From a virus, in the UHGV virus genome UHGV-0289908: a stretch of 64,000 nt of DNA. The stretch is one strand, 5' to 3'. The position numbers and the translations under genes are program-made. The notes beneath the pieces are model-generated. The model was not told the DNA's origin. It was given only the letters and a program-made list of their open reading frames with translations, and did no database searches. Below are positions 1 to 9,552 of this stretch, one piece after another. How positions within the stretch are numbered: the stretch's first letter is position 1; the number at the start of each line of letters is the position of its first letter.

Positions 1-18
1 TCTACTAATGTTAAGAAC

Positions 19-879
19 ATGGCTAAACGCTTTGACATTGCCATGATTGGATTTACTCAAACTACTGACTTAGCACGTGCAGAGGGGGTTCGTGACCAAC
101 GTGCCGTAAAAGGTGCTCGTTCACTTCCTAATAAATGTGACTTAGGGATGACTTCGTTTGCTCCTACCAAACAAGAGATTGAGTTATTAGAGCCATTAAT
201 TGAGAAGTGTGGATTGAACAATGGTCGTTGTGTTCCTAACATTGGATACAACATCTACAAGAATCGTGGCGGTAAATTCAAGAACATTAAGATTTGGGGA
301 TATCAAGATTTAGGAACAATGGAATATGTAGATTTATTCTGTACAGATGAATCATATGCTCCTATCAATGTTGATAAAACATACTTAATGCCTAATATCG
401 TAGCCTTAACAGAAGAAGAGTATGACGAGAAGTATGGTAGCTTAGAAGAACAAGAAGCTCCAGAAGGGTATTCATTAGACGCTGAAACAGGAGAACTTGT
501 TGAGATTGTTGAAGATGAGGACATTGACGCACCGTTAACAGATGAAGACATTAGTGGTTTCCATAAAGAAGAGGAAGAAGATGAATTAACAGAAGAAGAA
601 ATTGCCCTAAAAGAATACGAGGAGCAAGTAAAAGCCTACAATGACGCTATGATGGCTCAATATGAAGGCGATGAAAGCCATGTATTGCAATACGATGAAA
701 ATGGATTGCTACAAGCTATTCCAGTTGAATTTGAACCACAAGAAGAAGTAGAAGAAGCAATAGAAGAGTTAGAAGACCCATTTGCTGAACTTCCTATAAT
801 TGATGATACGGAGTTAGACTTCTTAAATGAAGAAGAACCTGCTCCAACTTTAGGTACAAGAAAACGTATTGGATTCTAG
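19..879 (+). CDS. Hypothetical protein with an extremely acidic (D/E-rich) C-terminal half. The reading frame stays open to position 1, so the true start may lie upstream of the window.
   Basis: ATG at 19, but no in-frame stop in nt 1-18. Residues ~130-286 are about 40% Asp/Glu. An RBS-ATG for the next gene follows directly. Confidence 0.45.
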   Translation: MAKRFDIAMIGFTQTTDLARAEGVRDQRAVKGARSLPNKCDLGMTSFAPTKQEIELLEPLIEKCGLNNGRCVPNIGYNIYKNRGGKFKNIKIWGYQDLGTMEYVDLFCTDESYAPINVDKTYLMPNIVALTEEEYDEKYGSLEEQEAPEGYSLDAETGELVEIVEDEDIDAPLTDEDISGFHKEEEEDELTEEEIALKEYEEQVKAYNDAMMAQYEGDESHVLQYDENGLLQAIPVEFEPQEEVEEAIEELEDPFAELPIIDDTELDFLNEEEPAPTLGTRKRIGF

Positions 880-888
880 GAGGGGCAT

Positions 889-1662
889 ATGACAAATAGA
901 AGTAAAAAACATGAATACATGAACCAGACCTTCACTACAAATGAGGGGTACAATATCAAGATTGTAGATTATGTTAATAGTCGCAATGTGACAGTTGAAT
1001 TTGACAATGGATATAGAACCAATGCTCAACTTGGCTCAATTTTAAAGGGGAGAGTCTCATTCCCCTTTCACCCCTCTGTATATGGGGTAGGTTGCTTGGG
1101 GGTTGGAGAGTATCTGGCAAGTCATAAAAGAAAACACACAAAGACCTACAAAGTATGGCATAGCATGATGGCACGCTGTTATAGCAACTCTTGCTTGGCG
1201 AGCAGGAGCACTTATATGGATTGCTCTGTATACGAGGGATGGCACAATTTCCAAAACTTTGCCAAATGGTATGAAGACAACTATTATGAGATAGAGGGGG
1301 AGCAAATGCACTTGGACAAGGATATTCTTGTAAAGGGCAATAAGGTTTATTCCCCCGACACCTGTGTATTTGTTCCAGAAACCATTAACGGACTGTTTGT
1401 CAAAAGCAATGCCATTAGAGGGGCATTGCCAATAGGTGTCAGCTATCATAAAAAAGACAGGATGTATTACTCTCGATGTAATAATCAGCTATTGGGGAAG
1501 ACTATCACCATTGGGACTTTTACCACCCCCGAGGGTGCGTTCGAAGCCTATAAAGAATACAAAGAGAAGTATATTAAAGAAGTGGCAGAGAAATATAGGG
1601 GCAATATTCCTTCTCATCTGTATGACGCACTAATCCAGTATGAAGTCGAAGTTACTGATTAA
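889..1662 (+). CDS. Free-standing HNH homing endonuclease with a C-terminal AP2-type DNA-binding domain
   Basis: N-terminal Y-x2-W-x2-M-x2-RCY motif (YKVWHSMMARCYS), typical of phage HNH-AP2 endonucleases. HNH-like core MHLDKDILVKGNKVYSPDTCVFVPETIN. AP2-like segment GVSYHKKDRMYYSRCNNQLLGKTITIGTFTTPEGAFEAYKEY. RBS GGAGGGG 5 nt upstream of ATG 889. Confidence 0.75.
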   Translation: MTNRSKKHEYMNQTFTTNEGYNIKIVDYVNSRNVTVEFDNGYRTNAQLGSILKGRVSFPFHPSVYGVGCLGVGEYLASHKRKHTKTYKVWHSMMARCYSNSCLASRSTYMDCSVYEGWHNFQNFAKWYEDNYYEIEGEQMHLDKDILVKGNKVYSPDTCVFVPETINGLFVKSNAIRGALPIGVSYHKKDRMYYSRCNNQLLGKTITIGTFTTPEGAFEAYKEYKEKYIKEVAEKYRGNIPSHLYDALIQYEVEVTD

Positions 1663-1677
1663 GAGAGGAGGAAGGAC

Positions 1678-2803
1678 ATGGATAGAGATGAATTATTAGA
1701 GTTGTATTCAACGGAAGATGTGATTAACTTAATGATGGACTTAGGGTCAACTTACCCAACTCCAGACCATCAAGGGAACTTATACTTTAACACAGTCTGC
1801 CATGGCAGGAGACTCTAAGAAGTTGCTATATTATCCCGAATCACGATTAATGATGTGTTTCAGTTGCTGTGGCTCTCTGAGTCTTTTTGACGTAGTTAGT
1901 GGAGCATTAAATATGGACTTTGGAGAATCCTTCAAATATCTTGCCAAACGCAAAGGTGTTGCACTTGGCAAGAGAAAGTTGGGTCTCCAAACCCTAAAAA
2001 TTGAAAATGAAGATTTAGAATTCTTAAGTATACATTTATACAAACCTAAGAAACAAAGCATTGAACTTCCTGCTTTTTCAGAAACAATTCTTAATGTATT
2101 CATGCCTGTATATCCATTAGATTGGTATAAAGAGGGGATTGGAGAAGAAGCCGCTAAATTATTTGAAATCGGGTACTACCCGTCTCAGAATCGAGCAACT
2201 ATCCCTCATAGAGACATCAATGGTAATCTGGTTGGAATTCGAGCTAGAAGTTATAATGATTATGAAGTTAACAACGGAAGAAAGTACATGCCCATTACTG
2301 TGCAAGGATTAACGTATCGGTATCCTATGTCTCACAATTTATATGGGATATATCAGAATCAAGACAACATCAGAAGACATAAGCGAGCTATTATCTTTGA
2401 ATCAGAGAAGAGTTGTTTACTTTATGAAACATTGTACGGCAGAGACAAAAACATCACTGTTGCACTATGTAGCATGAACATGTCTTTGTATCAAAGAGAC
2501 CTCTTGCTTAACCTTGGGGTCAATGAGGTCATCTTTTGCCTTGATAAACAATACACCCTAGAATGCTTAGAGACCAAAAAAGGTAAGGAATATCTTGGCT
2601 TCGTGTCATATGTTAAAAAGCTCAAAAGATTATCGGCAATGTTTATGAATTACTGTCAAGTATCTGTCGTATTGTGTTGGGATGATAGAATCGGTTATAA
2701 AGATGCACCTATCGACAGAGGGATTGCCACTTTTGAAGAACTACTGAATGAGAAATACTTAATTAGTGATACGTCACAATTTGATGAACTAATTGACGAA
2801 TAA
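1678..2803 (+). CDS. DnaG-like DNA primase, apparently interrupted by a +1 frameshift. The N-terminal zinc-finger fragment is 1678..1818 in one frame; the Toprim and catalytic remainder is 1802..2803 in the +1 frame.
   Basis: RBS GAGGAGGAAGGAC then ATG 1678. Frame A reads ...NLYFNTVCHGRRL then stop at 1816. Frame B reads (M)AGDSKKLLYYPESRLMMCFSCCGSLSLFDVV..., supplying the C-x2-C half of a CHC2 zinc ribbon. Spliced across the shift, the two halves (CH ... CxxC) form a complete DnaG-type zinc-binding domain. Downstream the sequence is primase-like (EGIGEEAAKLFEIGYYP, Toprim-like IIFESEKSCLLYE, VIFCLDKQ). Confidence 0.65.
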
Positions 2804-2818
2804 CGGGAGGATTTGAAT

Positions 2819-4600
2819 ATGAAGTATATTGTTAAGAATAAAGATTATAGTTATGTAGCAGACACGGAATTATTAGAGCTGTTATTACAACAGCGTGGGG
2901 TAGCAAATCCTCAAGGATTATTAAACTTAGACCCGTCATGTATTCATGATGGGATGTTATTTAACAACATGAAGTGGGGGCTTGAGTTGCTAGCATGGCA
3001 CATTAACAATGGTAGCCGTATCCACATTATTATTGACTCAGACGTTGATGGCTTTACCTCTGCCGCCTTTATGTTCCAATACTTAACCGACTTAGGAGTA
3101 GAAGCAACTTACTCTACACACGTTGGTAAGGAACACGGTATTACCGAGAAGGCTATTGCGGGCTTTGATTTTGATTTATTAATTGTGCCAGACGCAGGAA
3201 CTAATGATGTTGAAATGAGCAAATACTTAGCAGACCAAGGTAAGGATATTATTATCCTTGACCACCATAAATTTGAAGGAGAATACAACACTCATGCCTG
3301 TGTTATCAACTGCCACGACGGACACTATCCCAACAACACCTTATCGGGGGTAGGAGTGGTTTACAAATTCTGTCGTGAATTTGACAAGATGTATGGTTTT
3401 GATTTTGCAAATTATTATTTAGACTTGGTTGCAGTAGGTCTTGTTGCAGATAGTATGGACTTACGCAACTTTGAAACTCGATTCCTTGCATTAGAAGGAA
3501 TTAAGCTGATTGGACAATGTAATGAGTTCTTAAAAGAGATTGCCATTGAACAAGAGTTCAGCTTAGGAGACGAAATCACCTTACACGGTATCAGTTGGTA
3601 TATTGCCCCATTAATCAACGGTGCTATTCGTGGTGGGTCTCAAGAAGAGAAGATTCGTGTGTGGGAAGCTCTTGCGGGATTCCGAGCAGAAGTTGAGTAT
3701 AAGCCACGCAAGTCAGCCAAGAATCCTAATCCACAGATTGAGATTCAAACCTTACAGAAAGCAATGGTGCGAGTATGTAAGAGTATTAAAGGGAAGCAAG
3801 ACCGTGAAATCAAAAAATCTGTTGCCACCATGCTAGACCACATTGAAGCAGAGGGGTTAGCAGAAGAGAAAATCATTATGATGGACGTGACAGATGTACT
3901 GGCTCAGTCTCATACAGGACTTGTTGCCAACAAACTTGCTTCTCAATTCAAACGTCCAGTTATCTTGTTGCGAGACAAAAAGAATGATGATTCGTCGTAT
4001 GGTGGCTCTGGTCGTAACTATTCACGATTTGCCGTTGACAATCTACGATTATTCCTATTGGAAACTGGACAATTTGAATCGGTGTCGGGACATGATTCTG
4101 CATTTGGATTTTCACTGCCTAAAGCCAATGTAGAAACACTACGCACACAGGTCAATGAACAGTTAAAAGACGTGGTAATTGAAGACGTGTATCATGTTGA
4201 TTATGAAATTGCTGTGGGTCGCTTAAAAGAGAAACATGTGAAGCAGGTTGGACAATGGAAGAACATGTGGGCAAATACGCTACCAGAACCAACGTTTGCC
4301 ATCACAGATGTTTATATTTCATCTGAGGAAATCAAGCTCTTGGGTGAGAAGAAGAATATCATTAGGTTTGACATTGTTCGTGGAGACGAAAAGATTGCCT
4401 TCATCAAACGATTTGCGTCAGAATCGTTGTATAATGAAATCATTCACCGTTCTGCTCATGGGTTGTCAAGTGGGAATAAACGACTCAAACTGACAGTTAT
4501 TGGGAAGTTCTCCATTAATAAGTTTAATGGAAATGAATACCCACAAGTGGAAATCGTTGATGTACTGAGTGAGGTACAAGCTCGCAAAGTAATGTTCTAA
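2819..4600 (+). CDS. RecJ-like DHH-family single-strand DNA exonuclease or phosphoesterase
   Basis: DHH motifs IIIDSDVDGFTSAA, LIVPDAGTND and ILDHHKF. DHHA1-like glycine-rich segment SSYGGSGRN. RBS GGGAGG 8 nt before ATG 2819. The track start at 2813 is a TTG. Confidence 0.7.
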   Translation: MKYIVKNKDYSYVADTELLELLLQQRGVANPQGLLNLDPSCIHDGMLFNNMKWGLELLAWHINNGSRIHIIIDSDVDGFTSAAFMFQYLTDLGVEATYSTHVGKEHGITEKAIAGFDFDLLIVPDAGTNDVEMSKYLADQGKDIIILDHHKFEGEYNTHACVINCHDGHYPNNTLSGVGVVYKFCREFDKMYGFDFANYYLDLVAVGLVADSMDLRNFETRFLALEGIKLIGQCNEFLKEIAIEQEFSLGDEITLHGISWYIAPLINGAIRGGSQEEKIRVWEALAGFRAEVEYKPRKSAKNPNPQIEIQTLQKAMVRVCKSIKGKQDREIKKSVATMLDHIEAEGLAEEKIIMMDVTDVLAQSHTGLVANKLASQFKRPVILLRDKKNDDSSYGGSGRNYSRFAVDNLRLFLLETGQFESVSGHDSAFGFSLPKANVETLRTQVNEQLKDVVIEDVYHVDYEIAVGRLKEKHVKQVGQWKNMWANTLPEPTFAITDVYISSEEIKLLGEKKNIIRFDIVRGDEKIAFIKRFASESLYNEIIHRSAHGLSSGNKRLKLTVIGKFSINKFNGNEYPQVEIVDVLSEVQARKVMF

Positions 4601-4612
4601 AAATATTTCCGC

Positions 4613-4661
4613 TAAAATATTATAAAACACCCTTGACTCGGGGTGTTTTTTGTTATATAAT
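4613..4661 (+). promoter_or_regulatory. Sigma-A-type promoter P1: 15-mer TAAAATATTATAAAA (4613-4627), -35 TTGACT (4633-4638), 17-nt spacer, -10 TATAAT (4656-4661)
   Basis: Exact consensus hexamers with a 17-nt spacer, read directly from the sequence. Lies upstream of the sigma-factor and DNA-polymerase operon. Confidence 0.75.
4626..4650 (+). terminator. Rho-independent terminator of the upstream RecJ-like gene, overlapping P1 (the -35 box lies in the loop)
   Basis: Stem AACACCC (4626-4632) pairs with GGGTGTT (4642-4648). Loop TTGACTCGG. T-run to 4650. Confidence 0.55.
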
Positions 4662-4693
4662 GTCGTTGTAAACAAAAGAAGGGAGGAGTCGAA

Positions 4694-5317
4694 ATGACAC
4701 CACAGGAAGAATACGAAAAGATATTAAAGATACGTAACAAGGAAATAAGTTTTGACGAAGCAGTCAAGAGTTACAAAGGAATGCTAGTTAAAAAGTCAAA
4801 ATCCTACCATATAGCAGGGCAAGATAAAGACGACCTTTATTCTTGCTCAATGTACTCCTTATACAAGGCGGTCAACACCTTTGATGGTAGCGGTAGTTTT
4901 ATAAAATACTTGGGATATATTATCGACAACGATTTTAAAAGCATGATTCGAAAGTCTTGGGGAGAAAGAAATGGTGATATTCACTATACTAATTGTGCTC
5001 GTCTAAACAAGCCTGTTGCAGCACATGTTGATGGGAACTTTGTTGAAATGGGGGAGCTGCTCCCAACCAATCTTTCATTAGATTGTTTGGATTACAACCT
5101 GCTAATTCCAATTGTTAAAGAAGCGATGATTGCCCTACCCCCAGAGGTTCAGAAATTACTCCAACTACATCTTTTTGAAGAATGCAATCAACAAGAAATT
5201 GCTAAAGAGTTTGGAGTGTTGCAGAGTACAATTTCAAGACGCATTCAACGGTCTCTTCTCTTACTACAAAAAGAGCTAGAGAAGCTAGACATCACCAACC
5301 CATATCCAAAACAATAA
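4694..5317 (+). CDS. Phage-encoded sigma-70-family RNA polymerase sigma factor
   Basis: Region-2-like segment DDLYSCSMYSLYKAVNTFDGSGSFIKYLGYIIDNDFKSMIRK. Region-4 HTH LPPEVQKLLQLHLFEECNQQEIAKEFGVLQSTISRRIQRSL. RBS GGGAGGAG before ATG 4694. Confidence 0.7.
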   Translation: MTPQEEYEKILKIRNKEISFDEAVKSYKGMLVKKSKSYHIAGQDKDDLYSCSMYSLYKAVNTFDGSGSFIKYLGYIIDNDFKSMIRKSWGERNGDIHYTNCARLNKPVAAHVDGNFVEMGELLPTNLSLDCLDYNLLIPIVKEAMIALPPEVQKLLQLHLFEECNQQEIAKEFGVLQSTISRRIQRSLLLLQKELEKLDITNPYPKQ

Positions 5318-5331
5318 AATGGAGGTTTTAT

Positions 5332-8300
5332 ATGGATAAATTTATTAACTTACACACGCATGACGAATATTCAAACATTCGATTAAAAGACTCTACAAAT
5401 AGAATTCCAGTTATGGTGGACTATGTTGCCAATCAACTAGGACAGAAAGGATTCGCCATTACAAACCACGACTGTTTAAGCAACCATGTTAAATATATCA
5501 ATACAGTCAAAGACATGAAGAAAGAGGGTAAAATCCCACAAGACTTTAAATACATACTCGGTAACGAGATTTACTTATTGAGTGAAGAAGAAATGAACCA
5601 TCAATTAGAAAACAAATTGTACGTTCCTTTCTACCACTTTATACTTATTGCAAAAGACGAGATTGGACATTCGCAATTAAGAGAGTTAAGCTCTAGGGCA
5701 TGGAAACGAGGATTTAGCTATCGTGGTATGGATAGAGTTCCAACCTTTTACTCAGATATTGAGGAGGTTGTTGGTGGCAACCGAGGACATTTAGTTGCTT
5801 CAACAGCCTGCCTTGGGAGTAGATTTGCTCGTCTAGCATTGCAGTTCGCTCGTATGGAATTGTGCTTGGAGCAAGGGTACTACAATGACTCGTTTAAAAA
5901 AGAGCAGGTTCATGTAGGAGAGCAAGAAGCAAAACAAGCCATTGACGAGTTAAGAGGTCAAATTCATGATTTCCTTACTTGGTGTACATGGGCTTTTGAG
6001 GGCGATTTCTACATTGAAATGCAACCAAGTGAACAGGAAGACCAACTTTTATACAATAAAGTCGCTCAAAGGATAGCCATGGCATATAACATCCCAGTTA
6101 TCATTACAACAGACGCACATTACCTCAATGTAGAGGATAAGGCTATTCACAAGGCATTCCTTAAATCAGACGAAGATGACGAAACATTTGCTTCTGGAGG
6201 ACGTGAAACTGACGACTTCTATGACTCTACTTATTTCATGAGTAGTGAAGAGATACATACAAGACTTTCATATCTTGACCCCGAGTTTGTTGAAGAATGT
6301 ATTAGTAACACATATGCTATTTATAAATCGGTGGAGCAATACGACCTTCACATTAATCAAGAAGTTCCAGAGATACCTTTACCACCTGTTGTTTCATGGT
6401 TCTACAACGAAGAAATTGTTTCTTTAATCACAAAAGAGTTATTCCCTAATATTATAGCCATGAGAGAGTCGGACAATGAATACGATAGATATTTATATAC
6501 ACTTATCATAAAGGGGATGAAGGAACGAATTGCTCCAGAAGAATACTTAATGACATTGGTAAGGGTAGACCTAGAATGTAAAGAGGTAATAGGGATTTCT
6601 AAGGCGAAACAAACAACCATGAGTAGTTATTTCATCACCTTACAGAAGTTCGTAGACATTATTTGGGATGAAGCTGAATCTTTTGTCGGTGTTTCTCGTG
6701 GTTCGGCAGCAGGGTTTGAGATTAACTATCTGTTACAGATTGTTCAAATCAACCCGTTAAAACAACCAGTCGAAATGCCACATTGGAGGTTCATTAGTGC
6801 AGAGCGTCCAGACTTCCCCGATGTGGATTTAGATATTAGCTCCCATAAGCGAGACATTGCCTTCCGTAAGGTGCAAGAATACTACCAATCATTTGGTGGA
6901 GAAGTTGTCCGAGTTGGAACATTTAAAACAGAATCTTCTAAGAGTGCTATTCAAACAGCTTGTCGAGGAATTGGAGTATCGAGCGATATTGGAACTTATT
7001 TATCGTCACTCATCCCTATCACTCGTGGGTCTGTACACAGTTTGAAAGATACATACTATGGCAATCCAGACAAAGACTTAAAGCCAGTAACGGAATTTGT
7101 TAACCAAGTAAATCAATATGAAGGATTACTTGAATTAGCCATTGGTATTGAAGATATTATCTCTGGTCGAGGGGTTCACCCATGTGGAGTATGCTGTTTC
7201 ACAGACATTAACAAACATACTGCAATCATGAAAGCTCCTAATGGGGAATTAATCACCCAATACGACTTAGGAGATAACGAATATACAGGAAGTATCAAGA
7301 TGGACTTCTTAAACACTAAAACCATGAGTATGTTGCAAATTGCGTCAGAATTACTTATTGAAGCAGGGCACATGGAGTGGCAGGGTACTTTACGAGAAAC
7401 ATATAATAAGTATCTTCATCCAGACGTTCGTGATTATGACAACCCACACTATTATGAAGCATTAAATAAGGGAGAGTTAATAAGTGCGTTCCAATTCGAT
7501 TCGCAGGTTGGTAGTGTTGCATTGTCTTCTATTCGACCAACATCTCTATTAGAGGTTGCCAATGCCAACTCGTTAATGCGACTTATGAGCGACCATGAGG
7601 AACAACCTATGGATAAATATATCCGCTATAAAAACGACATTAACGAATGGTACAAAGACATGGAAGACTATGGATTAACAGAAGATGAGATTATGTTAGT
7701 TCGTAAACACCTTGACAAAGACAACGGAGTATGCTCTTCACAAGAGGGTATGATGCTTTTAACTATGGATGAGAAGGTAGCAAACTTTGACGTAGTTCAG
7801 TCAAATAAACTTCGAAAAGGTTGTGCGAAGAAAGTTCCTAAGTTAATTCAACAAGCCAAAGAGATGGTATTTGAACAAGGCATTGCCAACGGAGCGAGCG
7901 ACAAACTTTTACACTACATTTGGGACGAACAGATTAGCATGCAGTTAGGGTACAGTTTCTCGATTCTGCATACCATTGGATACTCACACATCTTATTACA
8001 ACAGTTAGAGTTAATTACTAACTACCCTCCTATCTATTGGAATACCGCAGTGCTACTCCTTGAATCTGGAGCTATCACTCAAGATACTGAGTCAGAGGAA
8101 GATAACAAGAAAGAGAAGACGACAAACTATGGGGTTGTAGCTTCTGCGATTTCAGATTTACAATTCCACGGGGTAACTATTGACCTACCTCACATTAATA
8201 AAGCAGAGGTGGGGTTCACGCCTCACGAAGAATCGAACTCAATCATGTTTGGTTTCAAAGGAGTCTCTACAATCAACAATGACGTAGCGGCTACTATTAT

Positions 8301-9447
8301 TGCAAACCGTCCATATGCGAGCTTACAAGACTTCCATGAGCGAATGGTAGAGGTTAAGCGAGAAGTAACATTATCAACAGGTAAGAAACAGATGAAGTCT
8401 TTAGTGTCATCTACGCAGACCATCAACTTAATCAAAGCAGGGGCATTCGATGACCTAGAGCAACGACCTCGTGCTGAGATTTTAGAAGATTACCTACGTC
8501 TGTTAAACCCACCTAAGAAGACCATGACGACAGCCAACATTAATGCTGTCATGGAAATGGGAATCATCCCTTCTGAATACCAACCTATGTTGTCAATGTT
8601 CAACTTCAAGAAATACATTCAAACACTTCCAAAGTATCAAGATGAATCATCTAAGTCAATCGTATGGCATGTCATTAACTGTGGTGACCATGAAATGACT
8701 GAATACTCAAACAATTTCTTCTTCAATAACTTTGGTGAATTACAAGAAGGTCGTGACTACTTCTATGATGAAGAGGGATATGTAAACGTAGCCTTAAAAA
8801 CAACTCGTAAAGGGTCGTTTGAGGATGTATTAAAACAGAAGACTAAGCCATTTACACAGTGGTTAAACAGTCCTGCTTGTATTGATACATACAATTACAT
8901 TGTCTTTGAGGATATCAAGCGTAACCTCATGGACGGCAATCAATCAAGATGGGAAATGGAATCAATGAACTACTACTATTCTGAGCATGAATTAGCAGGC
9001 ATTGATAAAGAACGCTATGGAATTGTGGACTTCAATGAACTTCCAGAAGAGCCAGTTATTACAGGATTCTCTCAATGGAGAGGTCAAGAGATTCCTCGTT
9101 TCGAATTGTCTCGTATCTGTGGTACAGTGCTCGACCGTGACAAAAACAAACACACGGTGTCTCTATTAACAGAATATGGGGTAGTTACACTTAAATTCCA
9201 TAGTGGACAATTCAGTTTCTATGATAAGACATTGTCTATGAATGACGCTGAAACAGGTAAGAAAGTAACCGTGGAGGAGTCTTGGTTCAAACGAGGACAG
9301 CTTTTGGTGTGTGTGGGCTATCGCAGAGGAAACCAATTCAGACCGAAACGCTACTCTAACTCAATCTATCAACACGCATTATGCAAGATTACACAATTAC
9401 ATGAAGATGGAACAGTATCTTACCAAGACGAACGTGCACAAATTTAA
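5332..9447 (+). CDS. DNA polymerase III alpha-like (family C, DnaE-type) replicative polymerase with an N-terminal PHP domain
   Basis: Begins MDKFINLHTHDEYSNIRL, the PHP H-x-H motif. At 1371 aa the size fits DnaE-like enzymes. RBS GGAGG before ATG 5332. Resembles the DnaE-like polymerase of SPbeta-type phages (from memory). Confidence 0.8.
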   Translation: MDKFINLHTHDEYSNIRLKDSTNRIPVMVDYVANQLGQKGFAITNHDCLSNHVKYINTVKDMKKEGKIPQDFKYILGNEIYLLSEEEMNHQLENKLYVPFYHFILIAKDEIGHSQLRELSSRAWKRGFSYRGMDRVPTFYSDIEEVVGGNRGHLVASTACLGSRFARLALQFARMELCLEQGYYNDSFKKEQVHVGEQEAKQAIDELRGQIHDFLTWCTWAFEGDFYIEMQPSEQEDQLLYNKVAQRIAMAYNIPVIITTDAHYLNVEDKAIHKAFLKSDEDDETFASGGRETDDFYDSTYFMSSEEIHTRLSYLDPEFVEECISNTYAIYKSVEQYDLHINQEVPEIPLPPVVSWFYNEEIVSLITKELFPNIIAMRESDNEYDRYLYTLIIKGMKERIAPEEYLMTLVRVDLECKEVIGISKAKQTTMSSYFITLQKFVDIIWDEAESFVGVSRGSAAGFEINYLLQIVQINPLKQPVEMPHWRFISAERPDFPDVDLDISSHKRDIAFRKVQEYYQSFGGEVVRVGTFKTESSKSAIQTACRGIGVSSDIGTYLSSLIPITRGSVHSLKDTYYGNPDKDLKPVTEFVNQVNQYEGLLELAIGIEDIISGRGVHPCGVCCFTDINKHTAIMKAPNGELITQYDLGDNEYTGSIKMDFLNTKTMSMLQIASELLIEAGHMEWQGTLRETYNKYLHPDVRDYDNPHYYEALNKGELISAFQFDSQVGSVALSSIRPTSLLEVANANSLMRLMSDHEEQPMDKYIRYKNDINEWYKDMEDYGLTEDEIMLVRKHLDKDNGVCSSQEGMMLLTMDEKVANFDVVQSNKLRKGCAKKVPKLIQQAKEMVFEQGIANGASDKLLHYIWDEQISMQLGYSFSILHTIGYSHILLQQLELITNYPPIYWNTAVLLLESGAITQDTESEEDNKKEKTTNYGVVASAISDLQFHGVTIDLPHINKAEVGFTPHEESNSIMFGFKGVSTINNDVAATIIANRPYASLQDFHERMVEVKREVTLSTGKKQMKSLVSSTQTINLIKAGAFDDLEQRPRAEILEDYLRLLNPPKKTMTTANINAVMEMGIIPSEYQPMLSMFNFKKYIQTLPKYQDESSKSIVWHVINCGDHEMTEYSNNFFFNNFGELQEGRDYFYDEEGYVNVALKTTRKGSFEDVLKQKTKPFTQWLNSPACIDTYNYIVFEDIKRNLMDGNQSRWEMESMNYYYSEHELAGIDKERYGIVDFNELPEEPVITGFSQWRGQEIPRFELSRICGTVLDRDKNKHTVSLLTEYGVVTLKFHSGQFSFYDKTLSMNDAETGKKVTVEESWFKRGQLLVCVGYRRGNQFRPKRYSNSIYQHALCKITQLHEDGTVSYQDERAQI

Positions 9448-9450
9448 TGC

Positions 9451-9499
9451 TAAAATATTATAAAACCTATTGACAGTGTTCGACACTGCATGATATAAT
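9451..9499 (+). promoter_or_regulatory. Sigma-A-type promoter P2: 15-mer (9451-9465), -35 TTGACA (9470-9475), 18-nt spacer, extended -10 TGaTATAAT (9491-9499)
   Basis: Read directly from the sequence. Same architecture as P1, P3 and P4. Confidence 0.7.
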
Positions 9500-9501
9500 T
9501 A

Positions 9502-9534
9502 CCCTGTGATTAAACGTCACAGGGTTTTTATTTT
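9502..9534 (+). terminator. Rho-independent terminator immediately downstream of the P2 -10 box
   Basis: Stem CCCTGTGA (9502-9509) pairs with TCACAGGG (9517-9524). 7-nt loop. TTTTTATTTT follows, 9525-9534. Confidence 0.7.
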
Positions 9535-9552
9535 ACTACAAGGAGCGATTGT

